In this document: in pieces, positions 41,965 to 52,346 of the stretch | How positions within the stretch are numbered: the stretch's first letter is position 1 | How the letters are laid out: each line of letters begins with the position of its first letter | Source: Deltaproteobacteria bacterium | Lineage (GTDB): Bacteria > Desulfobacterota > Syntrophia > Syntrophales > UBA8958 | Reading direction: 5' to 3' | NCBI GenBank assembly: GCA_026388335.1 | Contig: JAPLJZ010000268.1 | Coordinates: 1,872-65,871, forward strand | Length of the DNA stretch: 64,000 nt | The notes under the pieces: model-generated | Database searches by the model: none | The model's input: only the letters and a program-made list of their open reading frames with translations | What the model was told of the DNA's origin: nothing | Program-made: the position numbers and the translations under genes

Positions 41965-43506
41965 TCAAACAAATTCCATGGCTCTTACAGGATCCAGGGT
42001 CGTAATCCGGTTCAGTACTGTTTCCTGCAGGGACTCGTCGCTTTGCCCCGCCTGCAAACGCAATCCCGTCAGCACTGTGGACATGGCTGCTACTGCCAGC
42101 TCGGGTTCCCATTGCTCCATTCGGTAGATGTCCAGAGTTTGAAGCAGTTCCTTCAAATGTGGCGCCGCAAGGCGGGGTTGCTTGACCTGCAGGAGGAGAC
42201 GGCAAAGCCCGAACTGCCAGATGAAACGCTCCCTTGCCGAGTGAGCGTGGTTGAGTTTGTCCGTGAAGGCCCCCAGCGCGGCTGGCAGCTTATTGTCCCG
42301 ACTTGCTTTTTCGGCTTCTTGAACCTGTTTTTCCACAATCTGGCGAATATCCGTCTCGCCTACCGTAGCGGCGCCTCCCCCTGAGGACATCTGGCTGTTG
42401 AGGCGATTGATCCAGATCCGGGTTTCTTCATTGGCAAATGGCGTTCCGTTATCGAAGGCCAGTCTCTCCATGCCCGGCAGCCGTTTGAGATACTGACAGG
42501 TTTCCGCCGCAACTGCCTCGCTGCCATCCTGACGTCCCAATTGATCGAGGGCTTCGGTGACGTACCGACTCAGGTCAAGCCAAAACAGAAACTGGCGCAC
42601 CCTTGATTCGGCCGCATCCAGAAGGTCCCGCCAACTGTGGGACTGGTAAAGATTCTCCAAGGCGCTGATAATCTGCCCATCCGGCGCCGGAATGAGGGTT
42701 TTCCCTGCTGTCGCCGGGGGCAGGGCAGTTACTGTCGTCCAGGCGGCAATACGGTTCAGCCGGAAGGAGAGCATGTTCAGAGGGTCTTGCTGGGTCAGGA
42801 GCGTCGCCGCTCTGCCGAGGATCTCAAAACCTTGATTTAGCAGCTTATCCGTATCCGTCTCGGCCGGATCGAAGGCGACGGGTCTTGCCGACTGAGCCGG
42901 GACGTTGGATTCTTTGGGAATCCCGGGCGCCTGCGGCGGTAACGTCGCTTCCGGCGCGGGAGTTTCTTCTATCGTTTCTACTAACCCGGCAATCGCGTTG
43001 ATCATCGGCAATAATAGCGGCGCCTCTTCCATGTTTTCGGCTAAAAAGGCATCGATCGCGTTTATGTCCTCCAGAAAACCGTCACGCTCCTGTTTCGGCC
43101 ACTTCTGCGTCGTCAGGTCTCTCAAGTCGGTGCTGATTTTTTCCTGCCACCATTCTATGGCATTTTTCCTTCCCCGCATCCGTTTCTTGACGGGATACAG
43201 GTCTTCCCAGAAGGCTTCCAGGGATTCCCTCAGAATGTGCACACTGTTGGCGAAGCCCCGGAGTCCCGCCGTTTTCAGCAGGGCGACGGAGAAGTAGGAC
43301 AGAACGAGGAGATCCTTGGATTTATTCGTCAGGATGTCCTCCGACAGTTGGAGAACACGGTTCCAATCCATCGTCCCGGAGAGGGTCGGCGAGGACATCT
43401 TTTCTATTTCCTTCGACAGGGCTTCAAAGTTCGGATCGTTCCGTACATCCTGCCCTGCCGGGCTGCCTTCTGAAATCGGTGCTTTGCCGAGGTCGCGTCT
43501 TGCCAT
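41965..43506 (-). CDS. tssA: type VI secretion protein TssA (ImpA N-terminal domain)
   Basis: 513 aa. The N-terminus LGKAPISEGSPAGQDVRNDPNFEALSKEIEK is the ImpA_N signature. Confidence 0.88.
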   Translation of the reverse strand: MARRDLGKAPISEGSPAGQDVRNDPNFEALSKEIEKMSSPTLSGTMDWNRVLQLSEDILTNKSKDLLVLSYFSVALLKTAGLRGFANSVHILRESLEAFWEDLYPVKKRMRGRKNAIEWWQEKISTDLRDLTTQKWPKQERDGFLEDINAIDAFLAENMEEAPLLLPMINAIAGLVETIEETPAPEATLPPQAPGIPKESNVPAQSARPVAFDPAETDTDKLLNQGFEILGRAATLLTQQDPLNMLSFRLNRIAAWTTVTALPPATAGKTLIPAPDGQIISALENLYQSHSWRDLLDAAESRVRQFLFWLDLSRYVTEALDQLGRQDGSEAVAAETCQYLKRLPGMERLAFDNGTPFANEETRIWINRLNSQMSSGGGAATVGETDIRQIVEKQVQEAEKASRDNKLPAALGAFTDKLNHAHSARERFIWQFGLCRLLLQVKQPRLAAPHLKELLQTLDIYRMEQWEPELAVAAMSTVLTGLRLQAGQSDESLQETVLNRITTLDPVRAMEFV

Positions 43507-43508
43507 TG

Positions 43509-46500
43509 TCAGTTTGCCTCACATTTCACAATATCCAGGGGGACAGCGGAAGGGATTTTTTTCAAGAGCTGAATTACTGGTTTAGCGCCGCTGATCTTGT
43601 AGGAAACCTTGATTGAAGTAACGCCAAGGCTGGTTAGGCGCACCTTCAGCTCTGGAAAATCATCGGCGCTGAAGGTTTTGGATCCACTCTTGAAATCGGA
43701 CAGAAACTGGGCAAAGCCCATATGGCCGGGGTAGGTTTTTGTCAAAGTCATGCCGGGGAATGAAATCTGTAGGGTAGTGTCGGCGCATTTGTCGGGTGTC
43801 CAGCGTAAGGTCGCCTTCTGAGGGTAATTAAAATTCTTCAGGACCACTTGCGCGTCTGTGCATTGGAGGGTCAGGACATTGGCATAGGGATCGATGCCGG
43901 CATCGTCATTGACTTCAATGGGCAGGGTTTCCATCTGGACAAGATACTCCGGCTGAGCGATAACCACCCCTTCCGCCCCGGCGCTAAGAAAGGCAAGGAA
44001 ATCCTGATTAAAAGGAACGGATTTCTCAACGCCCGCTTTGATAGACGCCTTCCGAGAAATATAGCCCGACGTGGATTTGGTGATAAAGGAGTTTGCCTGC
44101 CCCCCGACAAATTTCCAAACCAGTCCATTGGTCTTGTCAAATAGGAGCGCCGGAAGCTTGTCTTTCGGCGCCCCCTGAATGCCGCCGATAACCTGGCTCT
44201 CCCATTGTTGTTTCAGATAGCAGGAAGTCTGACGAATACAGTAATCAATCAGATAGCCGATGGGGCCGATCAGGATATCCCAGGACTCGGTCGTATCGCC
44301 CTTTATCGACAAAGTGCCCTTAAGTTTCAAATAGTTGCTGTATGCCAGGTAGATCGCCGCATTGCTCTCCTTGGCGTCAGCGGGAAGGGTAAAGAAATCA
44401 GCGGCCATGCGATACCCCACTTCCTGGGATGTGGCGGCGGGCCCGATTTTGTCAAGAGAGATCACATAATCCTGCCACACCTTCAGGGCATCCATGCGCT
44501 TTTTCATGGTGTCCACTTTTTTCCGGTCCATATCTGAGCGTATCTCCTGGGATAGTTGTTCCTTCTTACCGGAAAGCTTATCGAGAAGGGATCCCGATGT
44601 TTTCTGGACTTCACTTTTGGCTAATTTCTGGATTTCATTCAGTTCGACAACGATGGCCATCCAGGGGGGCAGCTGATCGGCGCCAATCCAGGCGGACTCC
44701 TCGGCAATCCTCTGGATGAGTCGGAAATAAGGGCTATGATCGGTGGTCATAAGGGTGGCCATCGTCCGCTGGCTGGCCATCGTCTGGAGTCCATCTTCCC
44801 CTTCCGGGAAATGGCGGACGAAAAAGGTCCAGGCGTTGTTAAACTGTTGCTGATACCAGTTCCAGAAATCGGTTTTTCTTTTTGCAAAGGTGGCTTTATC
44901 TGCCGTAGCCGCTTCAATGGTTCCAATAAAGGTTTCGATATTTTTGCGCCCCTGGCTGGTGTAGGCCCCGGAGACGACAACATTGGTGTCGAAGCCGGTG
45001 CTCTCCGGTTCTCCCCACAAGTCCTTCAATTGTACCGGTGAGGCGTTGGGGATCCATTTTTTGACCAGCCATTTCATGTCGGGAACCCTTTTTTGCAGCG
45101 AGGCGAGGGCGGTCTGGTAAATCTCCAGATTTGTTTCCGCCGTTCTCTTATACTTGCCCCATTTCATATAGGCATAGTAGTTGTCACTGAAAATGGCGGC
45201 GATGTCCGGTGAGGTCTTGGGGTAAATCATGGCAACAAGGTCGGCGGAGCTTTTCCGGAAGACGTCGCTCTGGTTGACCTTGCCGCTTTTAAGATATTCC
45301 CTCAGGACATTGATCCGGGCGACGACATAACTGAAATAATCGGCCAGATCATCCTCCGAGGTGTCATGTTTGACATCCTCCAGGCGTTTCATGAGGTTCC
45401 TGTCGAAGCTGTCCATGTAGAGCTTGAAGATCTGAACATACTTGGCCTTAAACGCCTTTTCTAGGTCGAGGCTTTCATCGAGGCCGAGACGGGGGATGAT
45501 CCAGTAGCGGTTGGCCTTTTCCAGATCGAGTATCTGCAGCCTCAACCTTTCGATAGTGAGCAGGTCCGCTGTTGCATCCTGACCGAAAACGGCCTGCTGC
45601 TGTTTGAAATCCGCATGGAATTTATCGATTGTTATGCGATTGTGGATAAAAGACATGGTCAAAAATCCACATAGGGAAAGACAGATCAAAAGCCAGGCCA
45701 AAAGGCCGGTGTTAGCGGTCAGACGACGCCAGCGGATGAATTCGAGAATGGGGCTGAAGAGGGTGCGGTCACCCGGCAGAATGTTCCGGAAGAGGTCTTT
45801 GAGAAAAAGATCTCTTCCTACTTCCGCACTTTGGGAAACCAAGGCCGGTTGTCCCATATAATCAAAAAGTTCTGAAGTCGGCTGGCTGTCCTGTCTGGCG
45901 CTGGAAAAGTAAAGACCTCGTAAAGGCGGCGTCTCTTGGTAGGGATTCTCTTCAAATACGGACCTTACGAACACTTCCAGCCCCGGGCGGAGCCCTTCAA
46001 ATTCACCAGGAAAAACAAGGGCGGCCGGTCCCGGTGCGCATGCCTGGTGGGTCATCATCAGGCGCAGCTCCCGCAGACGAACCGTCATATCCGCCCAGGC
46101 TTGGGCGAGAACCTCGTGCCAGTAAGGGTTGAACTTGCGGTTCATGTACCCCATCGCCTGGGATGAATCCCCTTCGGGAAAACAATTGAAGAACTCGACA
46201 AAACCATAGACCATGTCCATTTTGGTTACAAGGATGTAAACGGGAAACTTCGCCCCCGTAACGCGCATGAGCTGGTCGATACGTTTGCGGATACTCTGAC
46301 CGTCCAGGCGCAGCTTATCGCTTCCTCCCGCAAGCAGGGTATCGGCGGCAATCGTAACGACAGCGCCGTTAAGGGGTTCCTTCCGCCGGTACTGGGAGAG
46401 CAGGGTAAGGAACCTTTCCCACTCCTCCCGGTCTCGTCCCTCTTCGATGGGGATGGTATAGCGTCCGGCGGAATCGAGAATGATGGCTTCCTCGAAAAAC

Positions 46501-46982
46501 CACCAGTCGCAGTTGCGGGTTGCCGTAATTCCGGCCGTCCTGGCGATGTCGGTAAGGGGTGAGCTTAGCCGGGCGCTTTTGATTGCCGAGGTCTTTCCCG
46601 CCCCCGATTCGCCGATAACGAGATACCAGGGCAGGGCGTAGAGAGGATTGCCTTTCTTGCGCAAATAGGAATCCCTGAGGAGTTCCACGGATTCCTTCCA
46701 CTTCTCCTGAAGTTCCTGGAGCTGCTGCCTTTCATGGGTGGGGAGCCCCTTAATGGCGCTCTCGTCTAATTCCACGACCCGGCGAACGAATTTTCTCTCC
46801 CGTCGCCGTAACAGGTATCTTTTTAGAAAAACAGCGGCAACGACAAGGCCGACAATGCCAGCAAAGATCGTGGCCCCCGTCCACCAGGGCCAGCCCTTTT
46901 TCATGGTGATCCAGTACAGGAACCCCGCCAGAATAAGGAGCAGGATGATAATGGCTGATATTTTTAGGATTTTCTTCAGCAT
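43509..46982 (-). CDS. tssM: type VI secretion membrane subunit TssM (IcmF)
   Basis: 1157 aa with N-terminal TM segments and Walker A VIGESGAGKTSAIKSA. The size and position after tssL are typical. Confidence 0.92.
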   Translation of the reverse strand: MLKKILKISAIIILLLILAGFLYWITMKKGWPWWTGATIFAGIVGLVVAAVFLKRYLLRRRERKFVRRVVELDESAIKGLPTHERQQLQELQEKWKESVELLRDSYLRKKGNPLYALPWYLVIGESGAGKTSAIKSARLSSPLTDIARTAGITATRNCDWWFFEEAIILDSAGRYTIPIEEGRDREEWERFLTLLSQYRRKEPLNGAVVTIAADTLLAGGSDKLRLDGQSIRKRIDQLMRVTGAKFPVYILVTKMDMVYGFVEFFNCFPEGDSSQAMGYMNRKFNPYWHEVLAQAWADMTVRLRELRLMMTHQACAPGPAALVFPGEFEGLRPGLEVFVRSVFEENPYQETPPLRGLYFSSARQDSQPTSELFDYMGQPALVSQSAEVGRDLFLKDLFRNILPGDRTLFSPILEFIRWRRLTANTGLLAWLLICLSLCGFLTMSFIHNRITIDKFHADFKQQQAVFGQDATADLLTIERLRLQILDLEKANRYWIIPRLGLDESLDLEKAFKAKYVQIFKLYMDSFDRNLMKRLEDVKHDTSEDDLADYFSYVVARINVLREYLKSGKVNQSDVFRKSSADLVAMIYPKTSPDIAAIFSDNYYAYMKWGKYKRTAETNLEIYQTALASLQKRVPDMKWLVKKWIPNASPVQLKDLWGEPESTGFDTNVVVSGAYTSQGRKNIETFIGTIEAATADKATFAKRKTDFWNWYQQQFNNAWTFFVRHFPEGEDGLQTMASQRTMATLMTTDHSPYFRLIQRIAEESAWIGADQLPPWMAIVVELNEIQKLAKSEVQKTSGSLLDKLSGKKEQLSQEIRSDMDRKKVDTMKKRMDALKVWQDYVISLDKIGPAATSQEVGYRMAADFFTLPADAKESNAAIYLAYSNYLKLKGTLSIKGDTTESWDILIGPIGYLIDYCIRQTSCYLKQQWESQVIGGIQGAPKDKLPALLFDKTNGLVWKFVGGQANSFITKSTSGYISRKASIKAGVEKSVPFNQDFLAFLSAGAEGVVIAQPEYLVQMETLPIEVNDDAGIDPYANVLTLQCTDAQVVLKNFNYPQKATLRWTPDKCADTTLQISFPGMTLTKTYPGHMGFAQFLSDFKSGSKTFSADDFPELKVRLTSLGVTSIKVSYKISGAKPVIQLLKKIPSAVPLDIVKCEAN

Positions 46983-46984
46983 GA

Positions 46985-47653
46985 TCAGAATCCCGCTCCG
47001 AAATAGGACTGGTTTATGCTCAAAAGCAATGCCTTGTAAACGGAAAACAAGGCAATCACCCCGAGTAACGAGATGGCTACTATGATAAGACCGTAAAGAG
47101 AAAGACCTCGTTGCCAGCGTTTGCGCTTGACCTCACCGGTCGTGCCGCTGTATGCATCGGGGAAGAGTTTTTCCGTAACACCCATATCCAGGTTGTCTTT
47201 GACCAGGAGCAGGTTGGCCTTCTGGATTTCCACGAGTCTCTTGTCATCTTCGGGCAGAAAATACCGTCCCTTGAATCCCAGGGCAAGGCAGTAGGCGTAA
47301 ACTTCCCTGATTGCTGTGGCCTCCGGGTCCAATTCCGCCAAACGGGTAAAAAATTCCTCCCCGGCATTCATGGTTTGGAAGTGAAGCCGTTGTAGTTGGT
47401 CTTCCTGCCATCTGCCTCGTTCGGGCCATTCCGAACAGAGGATGGTTTCGTCAATCCACGCACAGACTGCAAACAGAGCCGTTTGCCACTCGTCTTCATT
47501 AAAACCGGCATCCTGACAGCACTGTCTGGCCTGCTGAAGAAGATCATCAAAACGCCGGCGGGTTTCCTCGTAAGGGGATGGATTGTTCATCCGTCCCTGA
47601 CAGATGTAAGTGGTATAGGCCATTAGTCCCATGAAGCAGTCGCTCAGTTGCAT
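46985..47653 (-). CDS. tssL: type VI secretion membrane subunit TssL (DotU family)
   Basis: 222 aa with a single C-terminal TM segment (LSLYGLIIVAISLLGVIALF). It lies between tssK and tssM. Confidence 0.85.
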   Translation of the reverse strand: MQLSDCFMGLMAYTTYICQGRMNNPSPYEETRRRFDDLLQQARQCCQDAGFNEDEWQTALFAVCAWIDETILCSEWPERGRWQEDQLQRLHFQTMNAGEEFFTRLAELDPEATAIREVYAYCLALGFKGRYFLPEDDKRLVEIQKANLLLVKDNLDMGVTEKLFPDAYSGTTGEVKRKRWQRGLSLYGLIIVAISLLGVIALFSVYKALLLSINQSYFGAGF

Positions 47654-47709
47654 TGTTTTACCTGCCAGTTACCCATAAAAGGTCATCATTCCCCGCTTAC
47701 GTGGCTGCG

Positions 47710-49119
47710 TTACTTTTTGATTACGATGATTTCCGCCAGCGTATCTTCTGGAGCATGGCTCCAATAAAGACAAATGTTCTGTTGTTTCTGTATTTCCGAC
47801 CACTCCGTATTGCTGCGGTCAAGCCTGAAATAGGTGGAATCGGGACGGCGCGGCAACCCTGGAGGAAGGACGGTAATTTGATCCAGGGGCATTCCCGGCA
47901 GCGCCCGCTTGATGAGGACAGGAAGACGTTCGGCGCTGCTGATCTTGACCATATGCTGGATGGTTTGTTCCCATTCCTCGTTATTTACACTGCTTCTCAG
48001 CATGAGATAGAAGAGATTACGATTGTCGAAGGTTTCTACCGGGATTAATGCCCGGAAGTAGTCTCCCTCGCGGATCAGATGAATGACATTTTCGGCGCCG
48101 ATCATAATGCCGTTGAGGAGTTCATCGATGAGGGTCTTTGCCTCCTGGAAACAGGAACCGAGCTGATCGTGCCGGTAGGCGGGCAGGAGTTCCGTCCCGT
48201 CTTTCAATCGACCCAGGGCGTCGATGCGGTCGGTAAATGCGCTCAATTCCCCGACCAGAGAGCGGAGGATGCCATAGACCGTCCAAGGGTGGATATGAGG
48301 GTTTCCCGTGGTATGGTGGTGCAGCAAGGGTACATAACGGATCAAGGCCCGCAGGGCGAGCAGGAAGACCATATAATTTGATTCATCGGAATCCTGGGCC
48401 GCCTGTGCGGTCTGGTTGAATTTGGGATGCTTATATTCCTCCAGGACGCTACAGCGTAGCGTAACTTCCTCCCGGATGCCCTTGACCAATCCTGCGAGGA
48501 TATCCGAGCAGGCGATACCGAGTACGGGGGGGATGTATGCCGGCGAGAGGATGATTTCATTGCCGTTGAATTCCAGTTGGGCCACGGGGAGTAACTCATA
48601 ATCTCCGGCGCCTTCGACTTCATTTTCCCAGAAAATTCGCAGGGTATGGTTCAGAAATTTGATCTGGGCGCTTGGGCCGCTCTGATGAAGATCTTTGATT
48701 TCCTCCGGGTCGGCGGAGGAGGCAAAGCGGGTGGCGACGGCAGACCAATCATCAGGATTTTTTAAGACAGTCACATTTCCCCCCCGGGGATCCCATTTAC
48801 GCAAACCGAGGTAGATATTAAAGGGCTTATCCATTTCTATCCAGGTTCCCTTGAAGGAACGAGGTTGTACCTCGCCCGTGCCGGGGAAAACTATCCAGGT
48901 TCCGTCCCGGAAGAGAATCTGCATTTCCAGAATCTCAAACATCTGATTCTTCAGAGATTCTTCCTGGATGCGCAACCGACCAAATCCCCAGAAATAAGGC
49001 TGCAGATAATTCTGAAGCGGATAGAGACGGTACTGATCGTGGAGATCTTGCCACTGGAAATGCTGAGGCTGGAGAAAAAGCCCCTGGTACCAGAAGATCG
49101 GCCTTATCGGGTCTGTCAT
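47710..49119 (-). CDS. tssK: type VI secretion baseplate subunit TssK
   Basis: 469 aa. The N-terminus PIFWYQGLFLQPQHFQWQD is the TssK signature. Confidence 0.9.
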   Translation of the reverse strand: MTDPIRPIFWYQGLFLQPQHFQWQDLHDQYRLYPLQNYLQPYFWGFGRLRIQEESLKNQMFEILEMQILFRDGTWIVFPGTGEVQPRSFKGTWIEMDKPFNIYLGLRKWDPRGGNVTVLKNPDDWSAVATRFASSADPEEIKDLHQSGPSAQIKFLNHTLRIFWENEVEGAGDYELLPVAQLEFNGNEIILSPAYIPPVLGIACSDILAGLVKGIREEVTLRCSVLEEYKHPKFNQTAQAAQDSDESNYMVFLLALRALIRYVPLLHHHTTGNPHIHPWTVYGILRSLVGELSAFTDRIDALGRLKDGTELLPAYRHDQLGSCFQEAKTLIDELLNGIMIGAENVIHLIREGDYFRALIPVETFDNRNLFYLMLRSSVNNEEWEQTIQHMVKISSAERLPVLIKRALPGMPLDQITVLPPGLPRRPDSTYFRLDRSNTEWSEIQKQQNICLYWSHAPEDTLAEIIVIKK

Positions 49120-49736
49120 TTTACAATAACCTCGTGAATAGAATTGGGTCCCAAAAACAGATTGAGGGATATTGGCTCAATCCAGGATACGGTGGACCTG
49201 AAACCATATATGCCTCGCTTGTCTGTGCTTGCGGGAATATCAAAGGTCCGGTTGACCTGTCCGGGTTGCAGGTTGTAATATCCCGCAACCACGGCGATGG
49301 TCTGGGTATTTTCATAACGGTCGAGGGTGAGTGTCTTTTCTTCTCCCGGCTCAATAAAGGCCTGATCAACACCGGTTATGCTGTTATCAAATTTTTCCGC
49401 CTGGAGGAGCTTGCTCAAACCGTCCGCCGTCTTTATCTGCTGATTAAAGGCGTTAAGGCCGCTTAACTGGTAGATGACAAGTAAAATAGTGTGAGACTTG
49501 TTTTCATAGTAGTTTAAATTAGCCGCCGCTGTGTAATGAATCTGGATGTCCTTTGGCCCGAAAACACGATTTGGAACGATGCCTGCGGTAACCGGACTGG
49601 GCCCGGGCTCCAGTGAAGCCATCGGGGTCTGGCTTGACGATGCCTGAGAGGACGTCTGCGTTGCCGGCTTTGAAGAGCAGGAACATAGGCATATCAACAT
49701 AATAATTAATAAGGCGCCACGATAAGTCATAAACAA
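49116..49736 (-). CDS. tssJ: type VI secretion lipoprotein TssJ
   Basis: 206 aa with lipobox LICLCSC followed by a Ser/Thr-rich linker. The TssJ-like core includes LLVIYQLSGLNAFN. Confidence 0.8.
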   Translation of the reverse strand: MFMTYRGALLIIMLICLCSCSSKPATQTSSQASSSQTPMASLEPGPSPVTAGIVPNRVFGPKDIQIHYTAAANLNYYENKSHTILLVIYQLSGLNAFNQQIKTADGLSKLLQAEKFDNSITGVDQAFIEPGEEKTLTLDRYENTQTIAVVAGYYNLQPGQVNRTFDIPASTDKRGIYGFRSTVSWIEPISLNLFLGPNSIHEVIVK

Positions 49737-49779
49737 AGCTGTTCAGTTTTGCAAAGTCGATTTTCTTTCATATCGTGTC

Positions 49780-49808
49780 ACACTAATGAGATTGACGTTC
49801 TCTGTCAA
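49780..49808 (-). promoter_or_regulatory. possible sigma-70 promoter of tssJ operon
   Basis: The - strand reads TTGACA-17 nt-TAGTGT. The -10 is weak, and no sigma-54 element was found here. Confidence 0.3.
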
Positions 49809-49848
49809 TGGATATGTTTCAGGAAACGAAAATTTTTCCCTTCAAAAA

Positions 49849-50175
49849 TCAAGTTTCCGGGGGCAGCAACCCTGCCATCCAGTCCAGGTATTCCCGACTT
49901 CCTGTCTTGATGGGGAGGGCGATAATCTCCGGGGTTTCGTATGAATGGACCGACTTGATGGACCTTTCAACCTGCCCGAAGAGATCGGCCCTGGTCTTGA
50001 TGAGGCACTGCCATTCTTCGGCCGTTTCTATCTGCCCCTTCCAGGAATACGTGCTGGTTATGGGGCCGACGATCTGGGCGCAGGCGACCAGGCCTCCTTC
50101 GATAAGTACCCTGGCGATCCTTTCGGCCTCTGCCTTTTTTTCAGTGGTCGTGATGATCTGGAGATATTCTGCCAT
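49849..50175 (-). CDS. cutA: divalent-cation tolerance protein CutA
   Basis: MAEYLQIITTTEKKAEAERIARVLIEGGLVACAQI...SVHSYETPEIIALPI is the typical CutA1 sequence. The start was set at MAEYLQ. Confidence 0.88.
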   Translation of the reverse strand: MAEYLQIITTTEKKAEAERIARVLIEGGLVACAQIVGPITSTYSWKGQIETAEEWQCLIKTRADLFGQVERSIKSVHSYETPEIIALPIKTGSREYLDWMAGLLPPET

Positions 50176-50986
50176 GCATGCTCCCTTTGGTAAGTTCATA
50201 CATCATAATGGCCGCGGCCTGGGGAAGGCTCAGTGATTCGGCGCGACCTGCACCTGGTATATGCCATTGTTCGTCGATTATTTCAAGGAACTCGTTGGGG
50301 ACGCCATGGGATTCGCTTCCCAGAAGCAGGGCGGTTCTTTCCTTCTGCCGGTGCGGGGAAACGCCGTGACGCACATCGCTGCCGATCAGTAGATGGGTTG
50401 AACGGATGAAAGGAAGGATTTCAAGGAAATTGAGGTTATCAAAAATCTCCAGATGGAAAATGCTGCCCATGGAGGTCCGTACGACCTTGGGATGGGTCCA
50501 GTCCACCGCGCCTGTGCTCAGGAACACCATGGCAAAACCGAACCAGTGGGCCGTCCTCATGATCGCTCCCAGGTTGTTGGGGTTGTTGATGCCATCGACA
50601 AGCAGGACATGTCCGGGCGCCTCTTGCAGCCGCGCCTGCCAATTTCCGGGAGTCGGCATTTTTACGACGGCCATAACGCCTTCCGGCGCCTGGTCCTGGC
50701 TGAGTTTCCCCCACTCCTTTTCTGAGAGGATATACCTTGGGACCATGCTACTACTTTCAACCGTTCCGGCGCGGGGTTCAAGAAACTGCGAATAGATGTC
50801 CTCTTTCCCTGCCATTACGAGGAGGGCCTCGATTCGCCAATGGATTTTCCACAGCTCTTCGAGGACCTTGCGCCCCTCGGCTAGGAAAAGCCCTTCCCGT
50901 CGACGATATTTGCTCATGGCCAATTTCTGCCAGCGCCCCAGCTCGGTTTTAGATGGTTTGTCGAGGAGTTGTTGAACGATCGTCAT
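50141..50986 (-). CDS. TrmH/SpoU-family RNA 2'-O-methyltransferase
   Basis: SpoU motifs are present: LVDGINNPNNLGAIMRTAHWFGF, LLGSESHGV and IPGAGRAESLSLPQAAAIMMYEL. Confidence 0.85.
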   Translation of the reverse strand: MTIVQQLLDKPSKTELGRWQKLAMSKYRRREGLFLAEGRKVLEELWKIHWRIEALLVMAGKEDIYSQFLEPRAGTVESSSMVPRYILSEKEWGKLSQDQAPEGVMAVVKMPTPGNWQARLQEAPGHVLLVDGINNPNNLGAIMRTAHWFGFAMVFLSTGAVDWTHPKVVRTSMGSIFHLEIFDNLNFLEILPFIRSTHLLIGSDVRHGVSPHRQKERTALLLGSESHGVPNEFLEIIDEQWHIPGAGRAESLSLPQAAAIMMYELTKGSMHGRISPDHHDH

Positions 50987-50997
50987 AATTTCCGGCG

Positions 50998-51345
50998 CTA
51001 TTCTTTGATCATTACCAGCATCATCTTAAAGGCTTTGACCGCCTGGAGGGCGTGGGGTTCATGAGCGGGCATGATGATGAATTCCCCTGCCTGCAGCCGG
51101 TATGTTTTCTTGGATATCTTGATTTCCACCTCCCCGTCCAGGATGTAAACCAGGGCGTCAAAGGGGGCCGTATGCTCGCTCAACCCCTGGCCGGTATCGA
51201 AGGCAAAAACGGTAACTGTGCCGGTAGTTTTCTTGATGATCTCCCTGCTCACGATGGACCCCGGTTGATAGGTCGCGATGCTGTTGAGGATAAGGGCTTT
51301 GGATTTCAGACTGTCTGTTTTTGTTGTTGTTGTTTCGTCGGCCAT
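50998..51345 (-). CDS. cupin domain protein
   Basis: 115 aa. GQGLSEHTAPFDALVYILDGEVEI...GEFIIMPAHEPHAL matches the cupin motifs. Confidence 0.8.
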   Translation of the reverse strand: MADETTTTKTDSLKSKALILNSIATYQPGSIVSREIIKKTTGTVTVFAFDTGQGLSEHTAPFDALVYILDGEVEIKISKKTYRLQAGEFIIMPAHEPHALQAVKAFKMMLVMIKE

Positions 51346-51398
51346 GATGTCCTCCTTAAAGGGATCCAGTATCTAAAAAATGAACGGTTTTTACGGCG

Positions 51399-52346
51399 TT
51401 ACTGTTTTTCCTCCTCTGGGTTGACGACCATCTCTACCTTGTGGGGGCGGAGGATGGAGGCGATTATGGCGATCGCCAGGGTTCCGGCGATGAACCCCAG
51501 GGACCAGCCGATGGGGATGGGAAGGATATCCGTAAGGAGCATCTTGACACCGACGAACATCAGAATGACCACCAGCCCGTGACGGATGTAGTGGAATATG
51601 CTCATCAGTCCGGCCAGGGCGAAGAAGAGCGAGCGGAGTCCCATGAGGGCAAAGACATTGGAGGTGTAGACAATGAACGGATCGGTGGTCACGGCCAGGA
51701 TGGCGGGAATGGAATCGAGGGCGAACATCAGGTCCGTCGGGCCAATGACCAGGATAACGGCAAGCAGCGGCGTGGCGTGACGGATGCCGTCAATATGAAG
51801 AAAGAAATTTCCGTTTCCGTAATCGGTGGTTACGGGCATCATCTTATGGAGGAGGCGCAGGATGGGATTCTTCTCCGGGTGGATCTCCTCATCACCTCCT
51901 TTGGCCATCTTGAGGGACGTATAGATGAGAAAGACACCGAAGACGTAAATCAGCCAGTGGAACTTGGTGACGAGGACGACACCGGCAGCGATAAAAATGC
52001 CCCGCATTACCAGTGCCCCCATGATCCCCCAGAAAAGGGCCGTATGCTGATGTACGGGGGGTACGGAAAAATAGGTGAAAATCATCAGAAAAACGAAGAG
52101 ATTATCGACACTGAGGGAATATTCGAGGAGATAGCCGGTCAGGTATTCGAGGGCCTTGGTCTGGCCTTTGAAGAAGTAGATGCCGATGCCGAAGACCAGG
52201 GCGATACTGATCCAGAAGCCCGTCCACTTCAGAGAATCCTTGATGTCGATCTCTTTGGCCTTCTTGTGGCCGACGACCAGATCCAGGGTTATCATCGCGA
52301 TGAAGAGAACAGCGAAGGCGATCCATCCGATAACTTCTGTGGACAT
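51399..52346 (-). CDS. TerC-family integral membrane protein
   Basis: 315 aa and multi-TM. LEYSLSVDNLFVF and FALDSIPAILAVT are TerC signatures. Confidence 0.88.
   Translation of the reverse strand: MSTEVIGWIAFAVLFIAMITLDLVVGHKKAKEIDIKDSLKWTGFWISIALVFGIGIYFFKGQTKALEYLTGYLLEYSLSVDNLFVFLMIFTYFSVPPVHQHTALFWGIMGALVMRGIFIAAGVVLVTKFHWLIYVFGVFLIYTSLKMAKGGDEEIHPEKNPILRLLHKMMPVTTDYGNGNFFLHIDGIRHATPLLAVILVIGPTDLMFALDSIPAILAVTTDPFIVYTSNVFALMGLRSLFFALAGLMSIFHYIRHGLVVILMFVGVKMLLTDILPIPIGWSLGFIAGTLAIAIIASILRPHKVEMVVNPEEEKQ

Noticed and set aside
49737-49848. Sigma-54 promoter for the tssJKLMA operon
   Set aside because: No GG-N10-GC element with T-rich -12 context exists on the - strand. Only a weak sigma-70-like TTGACA-17-TAGTGT was found.
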